A stretch of 62,554 nt of DNA, filler included, from Stramenopiles sp. TOSAG23-6 (lineage: Eukaryota): the NCBI GenBank assembly GCA_900128565.1. It is 21 parts of 21 records of this genome, joined end to end, with 100 filler letters (N's around TTAATTAATTAA, not from the genome) between each part and the next. Parts side by side here need not be neighbours in the genome. Positions count along the whole stretch, not along the records: positions 35,848 to 38,730 come from LT637769.1; positions 38,831 to 41,711 come from LT637770.1; positions 41,812 to 44,691 come from LT637771.1; positions 44,792 to 47,670 come from LT637772.1; positions 47,771 to 50,649 come from LT637773.1; 16 more parts are not named here. The stretch is one strand, 5' to 3'. The stretch's first letter is position 1. The number at the start of each line of letters is the position of its first letter. The position numbers were made by a program, and so were the translations under genes. Under the pieces are notes generated by a model. That model saw only the letters and a program-made list of their open reading frames with translations, made no database searches and was not told where the DNA came from. Shown here one piece after another: positions 36,743 to 50,062 of this stretch.

Positions 36743-38674
36743 TATCACAACAAAGCAGTAAACAGTTACCACAGACATAAACGAAATTCTTTTTTATTTT
36801 TTTTATTAATGACTCACAATTTCATTTTTTTTAACATCATTTTATACTAAACAGCTGATGGGACATGCCAGAATGGAGATAACAACAGTCAACCTTCACA
36901 AATGCCTTGTATGTGGTTCAAAACTACATCAAAGGTTAAGTATTTTGTTCCTTATATCGAACATAAATATATCAAAAAAGAAGAAAAATCACATGCAACA
37001 GAAGGCATTCACGGGGCTTTCGAACCAAAACTTCGAGTGGTAGTGGAGTTTAATAAAGAAAGAAACGAAACACTAGGAGAATTTTGTTTTAAGCAACACA
37101 AAAAGGGAATGTACATTTTCATTATGATTTTTTTTTTTTTTTTTTGATACGAAATTTCATACCTAACAAAATATTTTGATTTTTTTTTGAAATATTTTTG
37201 TACAATATATTACATATCAAAAATTATCATCTACATCTGATCGAAAGGGCTTCAAACACCGCCGAGGTGACATATTTCCAGATAAAAAAATTTCACTGTA
37301 CAAACCTCCTTCGACAAATGTTATTAAACAATGGTGGAATCCAAAGCGAAAATTTGAAATGCTTAAAAAAACGATAAAAGCAAATTCCGTGAGAATATGT
37401 ATAGATCATAAGACGTCCACTGTCATTAACCCTAGATTATGTCCACATAGAAGCAAAGGAAGTGAAAAAAAGGCGGATTGTGACAATTATGGATATTGCA
37501 TTGATATTGAAGCAACCGACAACATCCACAAATCCAGAATAAAACACAAATCCACTAAACCTTCTAAAGGTTTTATTACTGGGGACTTGTACACATTTTG
37601 CTACAAAACTTATGATGCAATGTTTAATACTGTTATGCTCATGGAGAACCAAGGTATACATCTGTTAAGCAATGAAAAATTTCTTCCAGACAACAAGAAT
37701 TTTGGAGAGTTTTGCATGTTAGAAACGGAGAAGGCTAAAAAAGAAAATAGCAAATATTTTAATTGGTTTAGGAGGTCTGAATGGAACCTAGTTCGCAAAA
37801 GTGAAGTAACCATAAAATCTGTCCGACAGAAATCTAACATGCTCACAATAGAAGAATCGGAAAAGAAGTCAGACAATAAAACGTCCTATGATATACTAAA
37901 ATCAAAACAATGTAGCTTTCTTCATCCGGGTAATCTTAACTGTCAAGTTCAACACTACCCAAAAAAAGGGACTTGTAAAAATTTTCAATATTGCTTTGAT
38001 ATGATGTTGAAGCAACAAGGAGAGGCAAAAAAAAAGAAAGGGTACTTATTTTGCTTTGAGACCTTCAAAAATGCAAGTCATGTACAATTGAAACTGGAAA
38101 GAATGGGTGTTGATGAAACTGAAAGACTTACAACCAAGAGATTGGAATCTCGCAATAAATTTCATTCAAAATCTACTGCAATCAACATACATGCCTATGA
38201 AAAGGACATCAAAATTGCTACATTGGCAGCAGAACATCTTCGCAATAACAAGGAAGATTTGCTTCAAGACAAATCTTACAATAAAGAAAATTCTCGGGAT
38301 ACAAAAAAATTAGTGGAAACAGCTGAAGATACAATCACTTCATTATTGGAATTCTTGAAAAATCATAAACCAAAGTTTCCAGAGTTTACAGAGAGTAAGC
38401 AAGATGAACTGGAACGAAAAATACAGAGTATCACGAATTTGTCTGTGCTGACCTCTATTGGAAAATGCAACACTGTGATAAATTCTGACAAAGCTGAGAT
38501 TCACAATAAGAAGGTACCGTGTGAAGTGTTTCTAAGCGAATATCTGAAAAAAAACGATGCAGCAGCACGAGAAGAAGAAGATGATGATGATGCTGCTGCT
38601 GCTGATGATGAAAAAGAAGAAAAAAAAGAAGAAAAAAAAGAAGAAAAAAAAGAAGAAGAAGAAGAAAAAAAACC

Positions 38675-38705
<31 letters not shown>

Positions 38706-38730
38706 AAGAAGAAGAAGAAGAAGAAGAAGA
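32865..38730. repeat. Two identical copies of one 2883-bp contig (32865, 35848); assembly redundancy
   Basis: Identical including the single internal N; separated by the linker. Confidence 0.92.
32952..35747 (+). CDS. Hypothetical multi-exon protein with an LRR-like segment and Cys-containing repeats (partial); family introns 33041-33142, 33211-33338, 33456-33575, 34128-34227; canonical intron 33679-33871
   Basis: All exons chain in one frame into ORF 34376..; GLSILAKALKLNGNLLSL resembles an RI-type LRR. Confidence 0.6.
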
Positions 38731-38952
38731 NNNNNNNNNNNNNNNNNNNNNNNNNNNNNNNNNNNNNNNNNNNNTTAATTAATTAANNNNNNNNNNNNNN
38801 NNNNNNNNNNNNNNNNNNNNNNNNNNNNNNAAAAAAAAAAATCTTAAAAAAAAAAAAAATTTTAAAAAAAAAAAAAAAAAAAAAAAATTTTAGTTTAGGT
38901 ACAAAATTTCGTACGAAAAAAAAATTATTCAACATTCATAATGTAAACGTAT

Positions 38953-39734
38953 ATAATCCACCAACACTCTTGCCATGTTTGGACGTGAAGCATATTTTTG
39001 TAAATCAAGTCGATATTTTGTAGGACATATAGAACACTTTCAATTTGTTAGGTACAACATAAAATCATTTTTTTTATGGAAAAAAGTACAAAAAAAAAAA
39101 AAAAATGATGACAATGTTGTACTGTGATTTTTTTTTTAAATTCGTTAGGTACAACATTTCGTACGAAAAAAAAAAGAAATTGATGACAATTTACGTTTAC
39201 ATTGACGAACTGTCCATTAGGATCCGACTGAGCAATGGATGCCGTAGCTAAACGTATCTGACGCCCAAGTGAAGTTACCGGGCGTGATGTACCTGGTCGA
39301 TTACCTCGAAAAGCATCTTTGACTGAAAGAGTACCACCGTTGTTTACGTGACGCGTTGACATTCCAGGGCGAATGAAACCAGAGACTGGACGTCCAGACG
39401 CCGTCAAAGGACGGATGCTTTGATTTGAAGTGCCTGAAGTCTCATGTGTACCAGTCTTTCTATGTGATAATGAAGTTCCTGGTCTTGGCATTGAGTGTAC
39501 AGCATTTTCGTCTAAAAGAAGATCACCAACACCTTCCTCTTCCATATCTGTATCATCAACCCACGTCTTTAATGTCAAAGCCCGACATTTCATGAACCAG
39601 ACAGCTTTGTCTAACGGATTTTTAACTAATATTTTTGTACATATGTCGATACATTCATCATAATGCCTACGACGTAACTTTGATGCTGCAAGATATAATG
39701 GATCAACCTGTGAAAACACACTCAATGATGGCAT
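38953..39734 (-). CDS. TTC8: BBSome subunit BBS8/TTC8, 3'-partial; intron 39013-39194 (GT...AT); next intron starts with AT at 38952
   Basis: DPLYLAASKLRRR...EEEGVGDLLLDENA..PRPGTSL..SGRPVSGF..RPVTS..RLATAS..FVNVN|RLDLQKYA. Confidence 0.92.
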
Positions 39735-40078
39735 TCTTTTATGTTTTATTTATAACAAGAATTATTTCAAAAAAAATCTTTGAAATTTTTTTTCAATTCA
39801 ATTTAAATTTCAATTTTCAAAAAAAAAATAAATTTAAAAAATAGCCCTAACCCTAGTTTCGTGTCGTCGATAAAAATTTTAATACAGTAGGTGCTTATAT
39901 ATACATTTATAACATAGCCTATTACTATTTCTTCAACAAAACTAAAAAGTAAAAAGGAAATGTGGTCACCAGACAGCTTACATCTCATTTTATAATTTGT
40001 TTGTGCTACACACACATTGAATATATTATTTCAAGTAAAATATATCTACTATATTTGTAAAGAGTAGTAGTAGGCATC

Positions 40079-41614
40079 ATGTCATGGATTGCAAAGAAAA
40101 CTGAGCTATCAAAGGAAGCCACTGACCCACTAACACAGTTTAATTTGTCATTTCGATTAGAAACACACTATACAACGTCAGATAGATTGTGGAACCTTGC
40201 TGTAAAAGCCGTACAAGACTGTAATTGGACAAAAACATATGTCTTGATGAAACGATACGCAACGTTAGTAACAAAGTATATCCCAAAACATGCTCAATTC
40301 GGAGAAGAAAAGTTTCGCTACGATAAAATGACTGCTCGCAAACGAACAGAGAAAGCTATTGATATGATACGTAAAGCATCCAGTAAGTTAGAAGATGAGT
40401 GTCTAAAACAACAAAATGAACCAAAGCATATAAATGTACCTCCTCCTCCAGACACTGTTGATAAAGCTGTACGTTTTTTTTTTTTTTCGTAGAGAATTTT
40501 GTACCTAAGTTTTTTTTTTTTACTAAAAAAACAATTTTTTGAAATACTTTTTTCACAATTCAAACTCTGGAACTTGAGGCTCGATTTCGTGCACTTCAAG
40601 GAAAAGCTGTTGATCCTCAAATAGCGGTATCTCCTATACGTCCATCAATGCCACCTGCACTACAAAATGTTGTTGATGCTTCAATATGTTTTCATACTGA
40701 ATTTTTTTTACATTTTTTTTTCGTAGTGAATTTTGTACCTAACAAAAAATAATTTTTTACTTAAAAAAAAAAAAATATTGTCTACATATATACGATATAA
40801 TATCATCATCTGATATATCTGATATATCTATACTAAATACACTCAAGATTCATAATTCTCATACAAAAGACATGTCCCAAAAACCTCAAAAAACTCAAAA
40901 AACAAAAGAGCAAATGATTGCGGATAAATTAGCATTGGATGCATTATCACATAATGCATATGCTGTTCCAAAAACACGAAATCTCAGAAATAATATACGT
41001 CGACATAACCCTAACCCTAACACTTCAAAAAAGGAATGCAGTTTGTATGGAAATTTATTACAGAATCTTAGTCATAATTATACATCATATACTCCTCATA
41101 ACACTAACGTTTTTGCTGTACAGTCAGGGAATGAAGAATATACACAAAATGTACTTTTGCCAATTTATCAATTTATCAATTTATCAATTTATAATTTTTT
41201 TTTTTTTTTTGTGGTAAACATTTTTTATACCTAACAATACAAAAAAACATTGACATATTTTTAGACACTTTTTGCATCATCTGTTCAATCTGATTTAGGT
41301 GTATACAAATCACGAGTTCAACACTTGTACGTTGTACCAGTAATTATCCTTTTATTATCATATTTTGTTTAAAAAAAAAAAAAATTTCAAAAAAAAATTT
41401 CAAAAAAAAAAAAAAAATTTTTTTTTTTCAAATTTAACAATTTAACAATTTTTTTTTGTACAATATTTTTTTACAATATTTACATCCTGATATTCAAAAG
41501 CAGGAAGCTGATAAACTTCTTCGTCAAGATCTTTTAAAGGAACAGCAGTTACAAGTATTTGATTGTGCTCCTGATGGAAATTGTCTTTTTCGTGCCGTCA
41601 GTCATCAGTTATTT
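40079..41614 (+). CDS. OTU-family deubiquitinase with N-terminal USP8-dimerisation/MIT-like domain, 3'-partial; introns 40469-40563, 40684-40793, 41151-~41270, 41327-41481
   Basis: TYVLMKRYATLVTKYIPKH is USP8_dimer-like; PDGNCLFRAVSHQL is the OTU catalytic Cys box; exons chain in frame. Confidence 0.72.
40684..40793 (+). other. Family intron, probable AT...AC
   Basis: TCA|ATATGTTTT...TTTGTACCTAAC...CTACATATATAC|GAT; in frame with ORF 40872. Confidence 0.6.
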
Positions 41615-41676
41615 GTTTGTTTTCATTATTTATTGTAACCCTAATTGAAATTGTTTTTTCATACGAAATTTTGTAC

Positions 41677-41711
<35 letters not shown>

Positions 41712-41980
41712 NNNNNNNNNNNNNNNNNNNNNNNNNNNNNNNNNNNNNNNNNNNNTTAATTAATTAANNNNNNNNNNNNNNNNNNNNNNNNNNNNNNNNN
41801 NNNNNNNNNNNTTTTTTTTTCACAAAAAATTTAAAAAAAAAAAAAAAAAAAAATTTTTTTTTTTTTTTTTTTTTTTGGTAAAAAAAATTTATTCAAAGTG
41901 TAAATACAGTTTTCATGTATACCATTTCATAATGTATTTAACTCTAATACATTATTCTATAATATTTCTACAACGTACAT

Positions 41981-42991
41981 GGTTTGAAGATTTGGATTCT
42001 CGTCGTTTTGCAAGAGCAGACAGTTTTAAATCGACGTTATTTGGACATCAACGTGCACCGTCCCGTGGCCTCTCTGGAATTCGTGCAAAGAGTACGAATC
42101 GAATGGTGTTAAACGCAGAAGGACTTCCAGCATCTAAGTCAATTTTACGTAAAATTTTGGAAATGATGAGTGACAAAAGACGAAATTATAGAAAATCTGC
42201 ACAGAGAAGACGAAGCAGAACTCGAACAAATGAATTCGAACGTCGGTTGACAATAATGTATGTTTCATTTTATTTTTTTACAAAAAAATCGAATTTATTT
42301 TTTATAGTACATTTTGTACCTAACAAATTTTTTAGAATTTTTTTTTTTAATATTTTTCCAAAATATATGGGGAATCGGAGTAACCGATCCAATACTTTGT
42401 CGTCTAACTCTAACAATTCTGTTTCAAGACAATCGACAATGTCAACAGAATCCTCAACACAGTATATGTACGTCTACAAAAAAAAAAAAAAAAAAACATT
42501 TCGTACGAAATTTCATACCTAACAAAAATGTAAAAAGTTTGAAATATTTTTTCACAGTATATAAGCGGTGGTGGTGGAACTCATCCGACAAACCTAAACC
42601 TAATGTCTTTAGATGTCACAGAGGAAGCAGCAACAAACATTTCACTACCTAAAAATATTACTATGATTCAACCTGGGCGTACTGAACATTTTTTAGCGGA
42701 GGCAGTGATTCGATTAATGGGTACTCATGTGGAAGAGGATATTGTATTTTTTTTTTTTTACACGAAATATGTATATATATATTTCTATGAAAGTTTGTAC
42801 CTAACCTAATTTTTTTTNTTTTAAAATATATATATATTTCTACAAAACATGAAGGAAATATTATGTTTAGTTCACATTTGAAGAAACTATTTGATGCTAG
42901 TTGGATAAAATATATGAATCATCCAACAAGACAAGAAGCAGAAATTTTAATAGAAGAATTAGCTGCCGCCTTATTTGGCTGTGCTCAATAA
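41981..42991 (+). CDS. Hypothetical protein, 3' part; introns 42258-42368, 42468-42562, 42744-42850 (all GT...AT)
   Basis: Continuous frame after intron removal, ending at TAA 42989-42991. Confidence 0.6.
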
Positions 42992-43263
42992 TTTGTTTAA
43001 TAGGTACGAAATTTGGTACAAAAAAAAAGTTTAGGAAAAAAAACATACATAAAAGACCAATAGTAATGGCTAGTCATTTAAGTACCATTTTATTTATGTA
43101 TATAATAAAAATATAGTACGAAACTAATATACAAATTATAACTTTTTGTTTTACAATGTTTTTTTTTTACTATTCTATTTATCAATAGTATCTAATGGGT
43201 TGTAGTTTTTTTTTGCGGATATGATCTAACATATTTATTTAGCTTTACTCTCACAGTCATTAT

Positions 43264-44691
43264 TTATTTATCTTTACTCTCAGTTCCATTGTCATCTTCA
43301 CTATCATACGCTTCATCCCACCATTCTGGTGGGTCGTAATTTGGGGTAAGGTATCGCGGACATGTAAATATCATAATGACGGGGATGAATGTATTGTAAA
43401 AATAAAAAATAAAAATTGTTGTTAGTAGGAAATTTGGTACAAAAAACTAAAATCCAGGACAACAAAACATACATAAAAGACAAATAGTAATGATTGTACC
43501 TTTAAGAACGCGATCTCCCGCATCCGTTTCAAGTATTGCATTTGATGCTCCAATCGTATACAATATAGTAGCTACTGGAATTTCCGATGCGGGTTTTATT
43601 TTTGTCGTATTCATACAGCATTGTGCACTCAAGGTCGTTTCCTCTGTTATTACAATACCACTTTCCGGAACCAATGTTCCATTGGTACATGACCCACCAT
43701 CCGTAGCACATTCTGCATCAGTGATTTCAGTTTTGGAGTTACTGTTTACCGTATAGCAAATATTATGTTTATCTGGCGATTCCGCACCACACGAGACTGT
43801 AATCGTTGTCGGGTTTGCAACACTACCTTCTTTAGGACTAAACTGAACTGCTCCTGGCATGAGTGTATAAGATTGACTTCCAACTTTGGAATGATTAGGT
43901 TTACCTGGAAGAGTTGTATCGACACAACCAACTGCATATATCGTTATTGTGAAAATATATATATTTTTTTTTTTCGTAAAAAAAATCGTAAAAAATATCG
44001 TAAGGGATAAACTTTGGAAAAAAAAAATGAAATTTAAAAAAAATAGTGAAAACATACAGTACCGCTCTTCGACAAAGAGATAAGACCATGAGCTTCTACA
44101 TTTGTGCCCAAAGTGCATGCTGATCCATTACTTGAACAACTTGGTAGACTATTTTCATCCATTGAATAGCAAATCGCTTTTGAGTTATCAGATGATATTG
44201 TAATTACACTTGGGTTTTTGAGGGCCTCTTTAGTAGCAGTAAGATAAAAGAATATTTTACAAAGAAAAATTTGTTAGGTACAAAATTTCATACGAAAAAA
44301 ATGAAACAAGGATTCATGATTAAAAGAGAAAAAGTACTGCTGGGTTGAAAAACTATTTCTCCTGCATCAAGATAATATTGTACTTGTGATACATCCGATT
44401 GTTGTGGTGGCGGTATTCCTCTTGTAGATGGGCAGCCGACTACTTTAAAAAGAGTATCCCGGTTTATTGTTCCGAGATCAAATAAAACCGCTCCTGGCAT
44501 AGGCAAACTTGTAATGCCTGTAGTGCATGTTTGGTTTTTTCCACAATTTGGATTACTCGAATCTTTCGTATAGCACACATAAGCTGCATTGTGGGATGTC
44601 ACCGTAAGTTCGCTCGAGGGATTTCTAAGACTTTCTTTTCCACTGGTTTGAAACGTGGGAAGTCTTGGTTCATTTATGTAATATATTTGAG
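43264..44691 (-). CDS. Single-pass surface protein with Cys-containing CHB_HEX_C/FN3-associated-like repeats, 5'-partial; three family introns
   Basis: Repeats of the form FxP...ITI....ICY(T/S)xD...PxC; C-terminal TM segment completed across intron 43389-43472. Confidence 0.6.
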
Positions 44692-45240
44692 NNNNNNNNN
44701 NNNNNNNNNNNNNNNNNNNNNNNNNNNNNNNNNNNTTAATTAATTAANNNNNNNNNNNNNNNNNNNNNNNNNNNNNNNNNNNNNNNNNNNNTTAAAGCAA
44801 TTTTTGAATTGCTGTTACCATCTTTGAGCATTCTTTGGTATAATTCACCTTTACACATCGAAATAATGTTGATCGGATTCGTTTAGCTCCATTGTATTCA
44901 TGTTTTGTGAAAAAAATTAAAACAAAAAACTTAAAATTTGTTAGGTACAAAATTTCGTATGAAAAATTATTATTATGGATTTATTTCAAAATAAAAATGA
45001 AATTTTACCCCATTTAAATGTCTCTTTTTTTGAATTAATTGATTTACATTATTTATTTACCGTACCGACGACGACGTTCCTAGAATATTAAATCTCTTAG
45101 TAGTACAGTAACAACCAGTAAGCTACAACTATTACTTTTACCCATTCGAATATTTCATAGCGCTTAAATAAATATTTAATTACAACCTCAAGTGAAATAC
45201 AAAACAACTAAAACTATTCATAGTGAATGTATATCGTATA

Positions 45241-45778
45241 ATGTCTAACATACTGTCTTGTAAAATCTTTCTTATTACAACTTTCTTGACCTTTTTAAAA
45301 ATTACTCTAGCAATCTTCACCAAAGAGCACTTCAAGGAAATTGTATTTCAAACGCTCAATGATAAAAGTAATTTTGTCAATTTAAATCGTCTTCGTTATA
45401 AAGAAATATGTGACGAAGATATTGAGTGTATTACTGCAGCGAGAAGATCCTTTTCACAGAAAATTGCACATTATTTTGTAGACTCTCATCATCAAGGTGG
45501 AGTACCAATATCGATTGAAACATATTCAAAAATTAAAGAAAAAAATGGAGTACTATATTCTCCCGAAGGCTATTCACCAGATACTAGTGGGAAACCTCGT
45601 CATAAAGATTGCGATACATATTTAAATGATTACATGTAATGTTTTATTTTTTTCAATTTCGAATTTAATATTTTTTTCGTACGGAATTTTGTACCTAACG
45701 ATTTTTTTTTGAAATATTTTTCCAAAATACATGTCTTCGTGTATATTTTCAAATCCAGATTACAAAGGTACAAGATAG
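45241..45778 (+). CDS. Hypothetical secreted protein; intron 45636-45732 (GT...AT)
   Basis: Signal-like N-terminus; textbook family intron followed by a short last exon ending in TAG. Confidence 0.55.
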
Positions 45779-45870
45779 ATTGAAGTATATAGTATAATGT
45801 TTCAGCTTTCTAAAATATTTATTATTTGAAAATCATACATCCTCGCCATCAGAAATGATGATACAATAAA

Positions 45871-47625
45871 TCATACATCCTCGCCATCAGAAATGATGAT
45901 ACAATCAGAGTATGCTTCCATTGACACCACTGTTTTTTTCTGGGTAGGGATAGCCCGATTCTGTGCGAATGGGTTAGTCCCACTTATTCCTATTTTATTT
46001 TTTTTATATCGTTTGTTTTTATTTTTCTTACCCGACAGATTAGAATTATGACAAAGAGTATCTTCTATTTTGTTTGTTGGGGTCGACATTGAGTTAGAAG
46101 AACTGTTTGGTTTAAAGAAGGCTGTAATATTATTACGCTTTTTGTGCCTCCCGATGCTTTTTTGATTAAACCGAGACGTAATACACTGCTCTTTAGTGAC
46201 ATTATTACATAGTGCAGATTTTGTAAATAAAGCAAAAAAGTCTTTTTTACTTTTTTTTTCGGAATTTCTATCTTTATTTAAATATGTTTTTGGTGAATTT
46301 CCAATTTTATGACTGTTTTTATTTTGGATATTGTACTTATCGAGAAAACAGGATAAGTTTATCTGTTTTGAGGTTGAGTGACTACTCTGTAATGTACCAT
46401 CCATATTCAAAACTAATTTTTTGTAGTCACTAGCAGAAGAGTTTCCAAAGTTTTGTATTTTTTTGTGATTATTTTTTAAAACTATTTTCTTATTTTTTTG
46501 TAAAGAATCTTGATCAGTTGTAGTAGCAGATGATGATCCATTGAGAATTTCCCAAGGTTGTTTTGCAGTCCAAACTTGATTTTCTTTATTTCCACTTTTG
46601 ATTTTGTTGTTATGTTTTTCTTTATTTCCACTTTTGATTTTGTTGTTATGTTTTATACCTAAAGAAGCAAAAACATCATTTTGTTTATTTTTGATATTTT
46701 TGTTGTTACTTTTTATATCTTTAGAAGTAAAATTATTATATTTTGTACCAAAACAAGTAAAAACACTACTACTTACCACTTTTCTAGATTTTATTGAGAC
46801 AGACGTAGACTGTTGCATACGCAAAACTTGCAGAATTTCGGATCGATCATTTCCTAAATTAATAAATTCAACATCAAGAGGAGCAGGACCAATTGACTTT
46901 ACTAATGTATTTTGGAAAAATATTTCAAAAAAAATCGTTAGGTACAAAATTTTTATAAAAAAAAAAATTCGATTTTTTGTAAAAAAAAAAAATAAACCAT
47001 ACATATTTCCTTCTGTATGGGCAAAGCTATGACGTCAATAGTACTACATTTTTGTTCTTTTTCTTCACCATCGATTAAACATGTTTTTTCATTTTTGATA
47101 TTTTTGATATTTTTGATATTTTTGTGATTGATTAATTTTGGTTTTACCGAAAACTGCGATTTTGATTGATTTTCATTATTTGTTGTTGAAATAATGTTGG
47201 GATTATTTTCTGAATCTTTTGTATCATTTTGCATCGCAATCCCAAGCCTGTGAATTAGAACGGATTTTTGTCCAATAGTAGATAGATTTCTACCGACAAG
47301 AGCTGCTTTTAGTTCTGTGACTTTCATTTCACATAAAAGGTTATAATAAAATGAATCTATTTTGTCTCTTTTCACAAATGGTGTATTATTTTGAAAGTTA
47401 TTTGTATCATTTAATATTTCTTTTTTGTCTCTTTTCACACATGGTGTATTATTTTGAAAGTTATTTGTATCATTTAATATTTCTTTTTTATCCATCTTAC
47501 TCTGAATAGGGACACTGCGCAAATTCGTACTACATTCCGTACCTAAAGAATTAATAATTAGAGTTTTTGATATATTTGTTTCAATGAAATTTACAAATTT
47601 TGTCGTATGTGGATTAAAAACGTAG
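45871..47625 (-). CDS. SAP-domain, Asn/Lys-rich protein, 5'-partial; intron 46905-47002
   Basis: MKVTELKAALVGRNLSTIGQKSVLIHRL is a SAP motif; the two ORFs join in frame. Confidence 0.7.
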
Positions 47626-47898
47626 ATATATTGTGAAAAAATATTTTTTTTTTGTAATTTTTTTCTTAGGNNNNNNNNNNNNNNNNNNNNNNNNNNNNNN
47701 NNNNNNNNNNNNNNTTAATTAATTAANNNNNNNNNNNNNNNNNNNNNNNNNNNNNNNNNNNNNNNNNNNNTTTTTTTTTTTTTTCAAAATTTTTTTTTTT
47801 TAGGTACAAAATTTACTATGAAAAAAAAAAAAAAAAAAAAAATTTTAAATTTAAAAAATTTAAATTTAAAAAAAAAGGATTAGTATAAACAACATACA

Positions 47899-48070
47899 AG
47901 GTGGTCCACGTCTTTTTCTAGTTCCTTTACGTTTATGAATTGTTGTTAGATGGCTTGCATACGACATATTTTCCATTGATTTGTTTGACATTTTCGTTTT
48001 ATGGAAATTCCACCAATGGAGAAAACAATCCTATATTGTGAATTTTTTTTTTCCAACTTTTTTTCCCTAT

Positions 48071-48103
<33 letters not shown>

Positions 48104-49129
48104 AAATGTCTTAGGTACAAAATTTACTATGAAATATTTTTTGGAAAAAAAAAAAAAAAAAAAAAAACGTACAACGACTCCTTCTTTTGTATTTGTTTGC
48201 ATATTAATTAACCCTCGTAATGAAGGACAGCGACTGATTAAACCTCTTAATTTCCACCCTATAGTGTGAAACAAAGACGAAATTTCACCCAAAAAAAAAT
48301 GTTAGGTACAATGTATGGTACAATTTATGTTTAAAAAAAAAAAAAAAATTCTATGAAAATTTTCATACAAAATTTTTTTACCAAAAAAAAAAAAAATAAA
48401 TTTGAAATTCATCAATCAAAACGTACATGGATATTGAATCAACTCTTCACGCGAAGGACATGTATCACAGAGTTGAGTTACATTGAGATTTGGTCCAACA
48501 TGAAGAAAATCACAATGTGTGCGACATTTTTGACAACGAGCTAAACCACCAGAAAATGGATCAACAAATTCACAAATTCGACATTTTGGACAGATTTCCC
48601 TGCATAATTCACAAAATGATGTTCCTTCAAGCTTTGGTATATATAAATATTGTCGAAGTAAGATACTACTTACCTTAGAAGCAGCACTAAAATCATGAAT
48701 TTGAAAAAGTTTCATAAATTCTTTAGTCAAAACTCGAAGTTGTTCCCGTTGCCAGTGACTGAGTTCAATTTCAGTCTTTACATTGTGGTTTCCACGTAAG
48801 CTTGCTGCAGCGGCATCTGTGCCAACAGACCATTTGTCAGGACAAATATGTCCCCACTTTGGTTGTAAACACCTCGAGCAAATTTCAGCTTTATGTTGTT
48901 GTGTGAAACCTGCTAAACGACCTCTCTTTACGGTACGATAACTACTTGAAGCTGCAACAGATTTACGCTTTTTACTAGTTGAACGAGTTTTTCTCGTAGA
49001 TTTTGTCTTTGCTTTTGTTTTTGTATCTTTTTTAGATTGCGAAGAAGTGTCAGGAGGTGTTGAAAATACTGGTCTTTCCGACATTAATTCAGAGTCTTGT
49101 GACGCCGCCATTTGTGAAATCCAATCCAT
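47899..49129 (-). CDS. Hypothetical nuclear protein with CxxC motifs, 3'-partial; family introns 48259-48426 and 48031-48172 both end in AG
   Basis: Basic NLS-like stretch; CSRC and CELC/CPKC/CQKC; frames join after splicing. Confidence 0.6.
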
Positions 49130-49615
49130 GGTTGGTTACTCGTTTGTTTTCTCTATAAAAACGATAAAAACAAGATAATACCGAATACCTTTGAAACTAT
49201 ACATATACTATATATAAAGTAATTGTATAGACATTATATCATATTCTTTTATGACGCTTTATAGATAATGCAGTTTTATATAATACCTATTATGAATAGT
49301 ACAGAGAATGTAAAGTAGAGGTACAGTTATGTAGACTACTTTAGAAAATCAACAAATAAATATAGTACGTAGTATGCATACAATTGTTGTTACTGAAAGT
49401 TTAATGCTACATAACTGACGCATGGTGCAGAATTGTGCAGTACCCGGTACTACGTCAGTTTTTAGGCTGAAACGACACGAAATCCAAAATCGAGAGGAAC
49501 TCAAAATGAACAGCGCAAGGAATGAACAGCGAATGAACAGCGAATGAACAGCTGTCGGTCAGTGAACAGTATTATTACCTAAAACAAAGTTACTTTTCTC
49601 GCTTTCTCTACCAAA

Positions 49616-50062
49616 ATGAAATATTCTATTCTTCTAAGTGTACAACTTATCTTGAGCTCTTTGGTTTTTACCACGGCAGTAAATTGGGATAACCATGATG
49701 AAGTATTGACTGCTGTTCAAGAACATGGCTTATTCCTCCAATATGCTTCAGAGGATCTCAAAAATGATCGTGACATTGTATTGGCTGCGGTTCAACAATA
49801 TGGCTATGCACTCAAACATGCTTCAGATGAACTCAAACATGATCGTGAATTTGTATTGGCTGCTGTTCGACAAAATGTTAACGCACTTCAAAATGCCTCC
49901 GTTGATGTACAAAATGACATCAAAAACACTTTACGTGCCAAACAACTTCTATCATTTGCACAGAACACAGATATTCCATTGGATGTTATGCCACAAATAA
50001 GCGGCCATTTGCGAGCACAACGTGTTAATGGTGTCACATTCATGCACTATATGCAACCCTAA
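49616..50062 (+). CDS. DUF4116-repeat protein with signal peptide
   Basis: Three repeats of D(R/H)xxVLxAVxQxGxxLxxASxxLK; intronless. Confidence 0.8.
   Translation: MKYSILLSVQLILSSLVFTTAVNWDNHDEVLTAVQEHGLFLQYASEDLKNDRDIVLAAVQQYGYALKHASDELKHDREFVLAAVRQNVNALQNASVDVQNDIKNTLRAKQLLSFAQNTDIPLDVMPQISGHLRAQRVNGVTFMHYMQP

Noticed and set aside
45830-45905. 38-bp direct duplication spanning the SAP gene stop codon
   Set aside because: A local tandem duplication with no coding effect and no element hallmarks.
48416-49129. Possible RRN11/TAF1A-like identity
   Set aside because: Resemblance is limited to one short helical segment, which is not enough to name the gene without a profile search.
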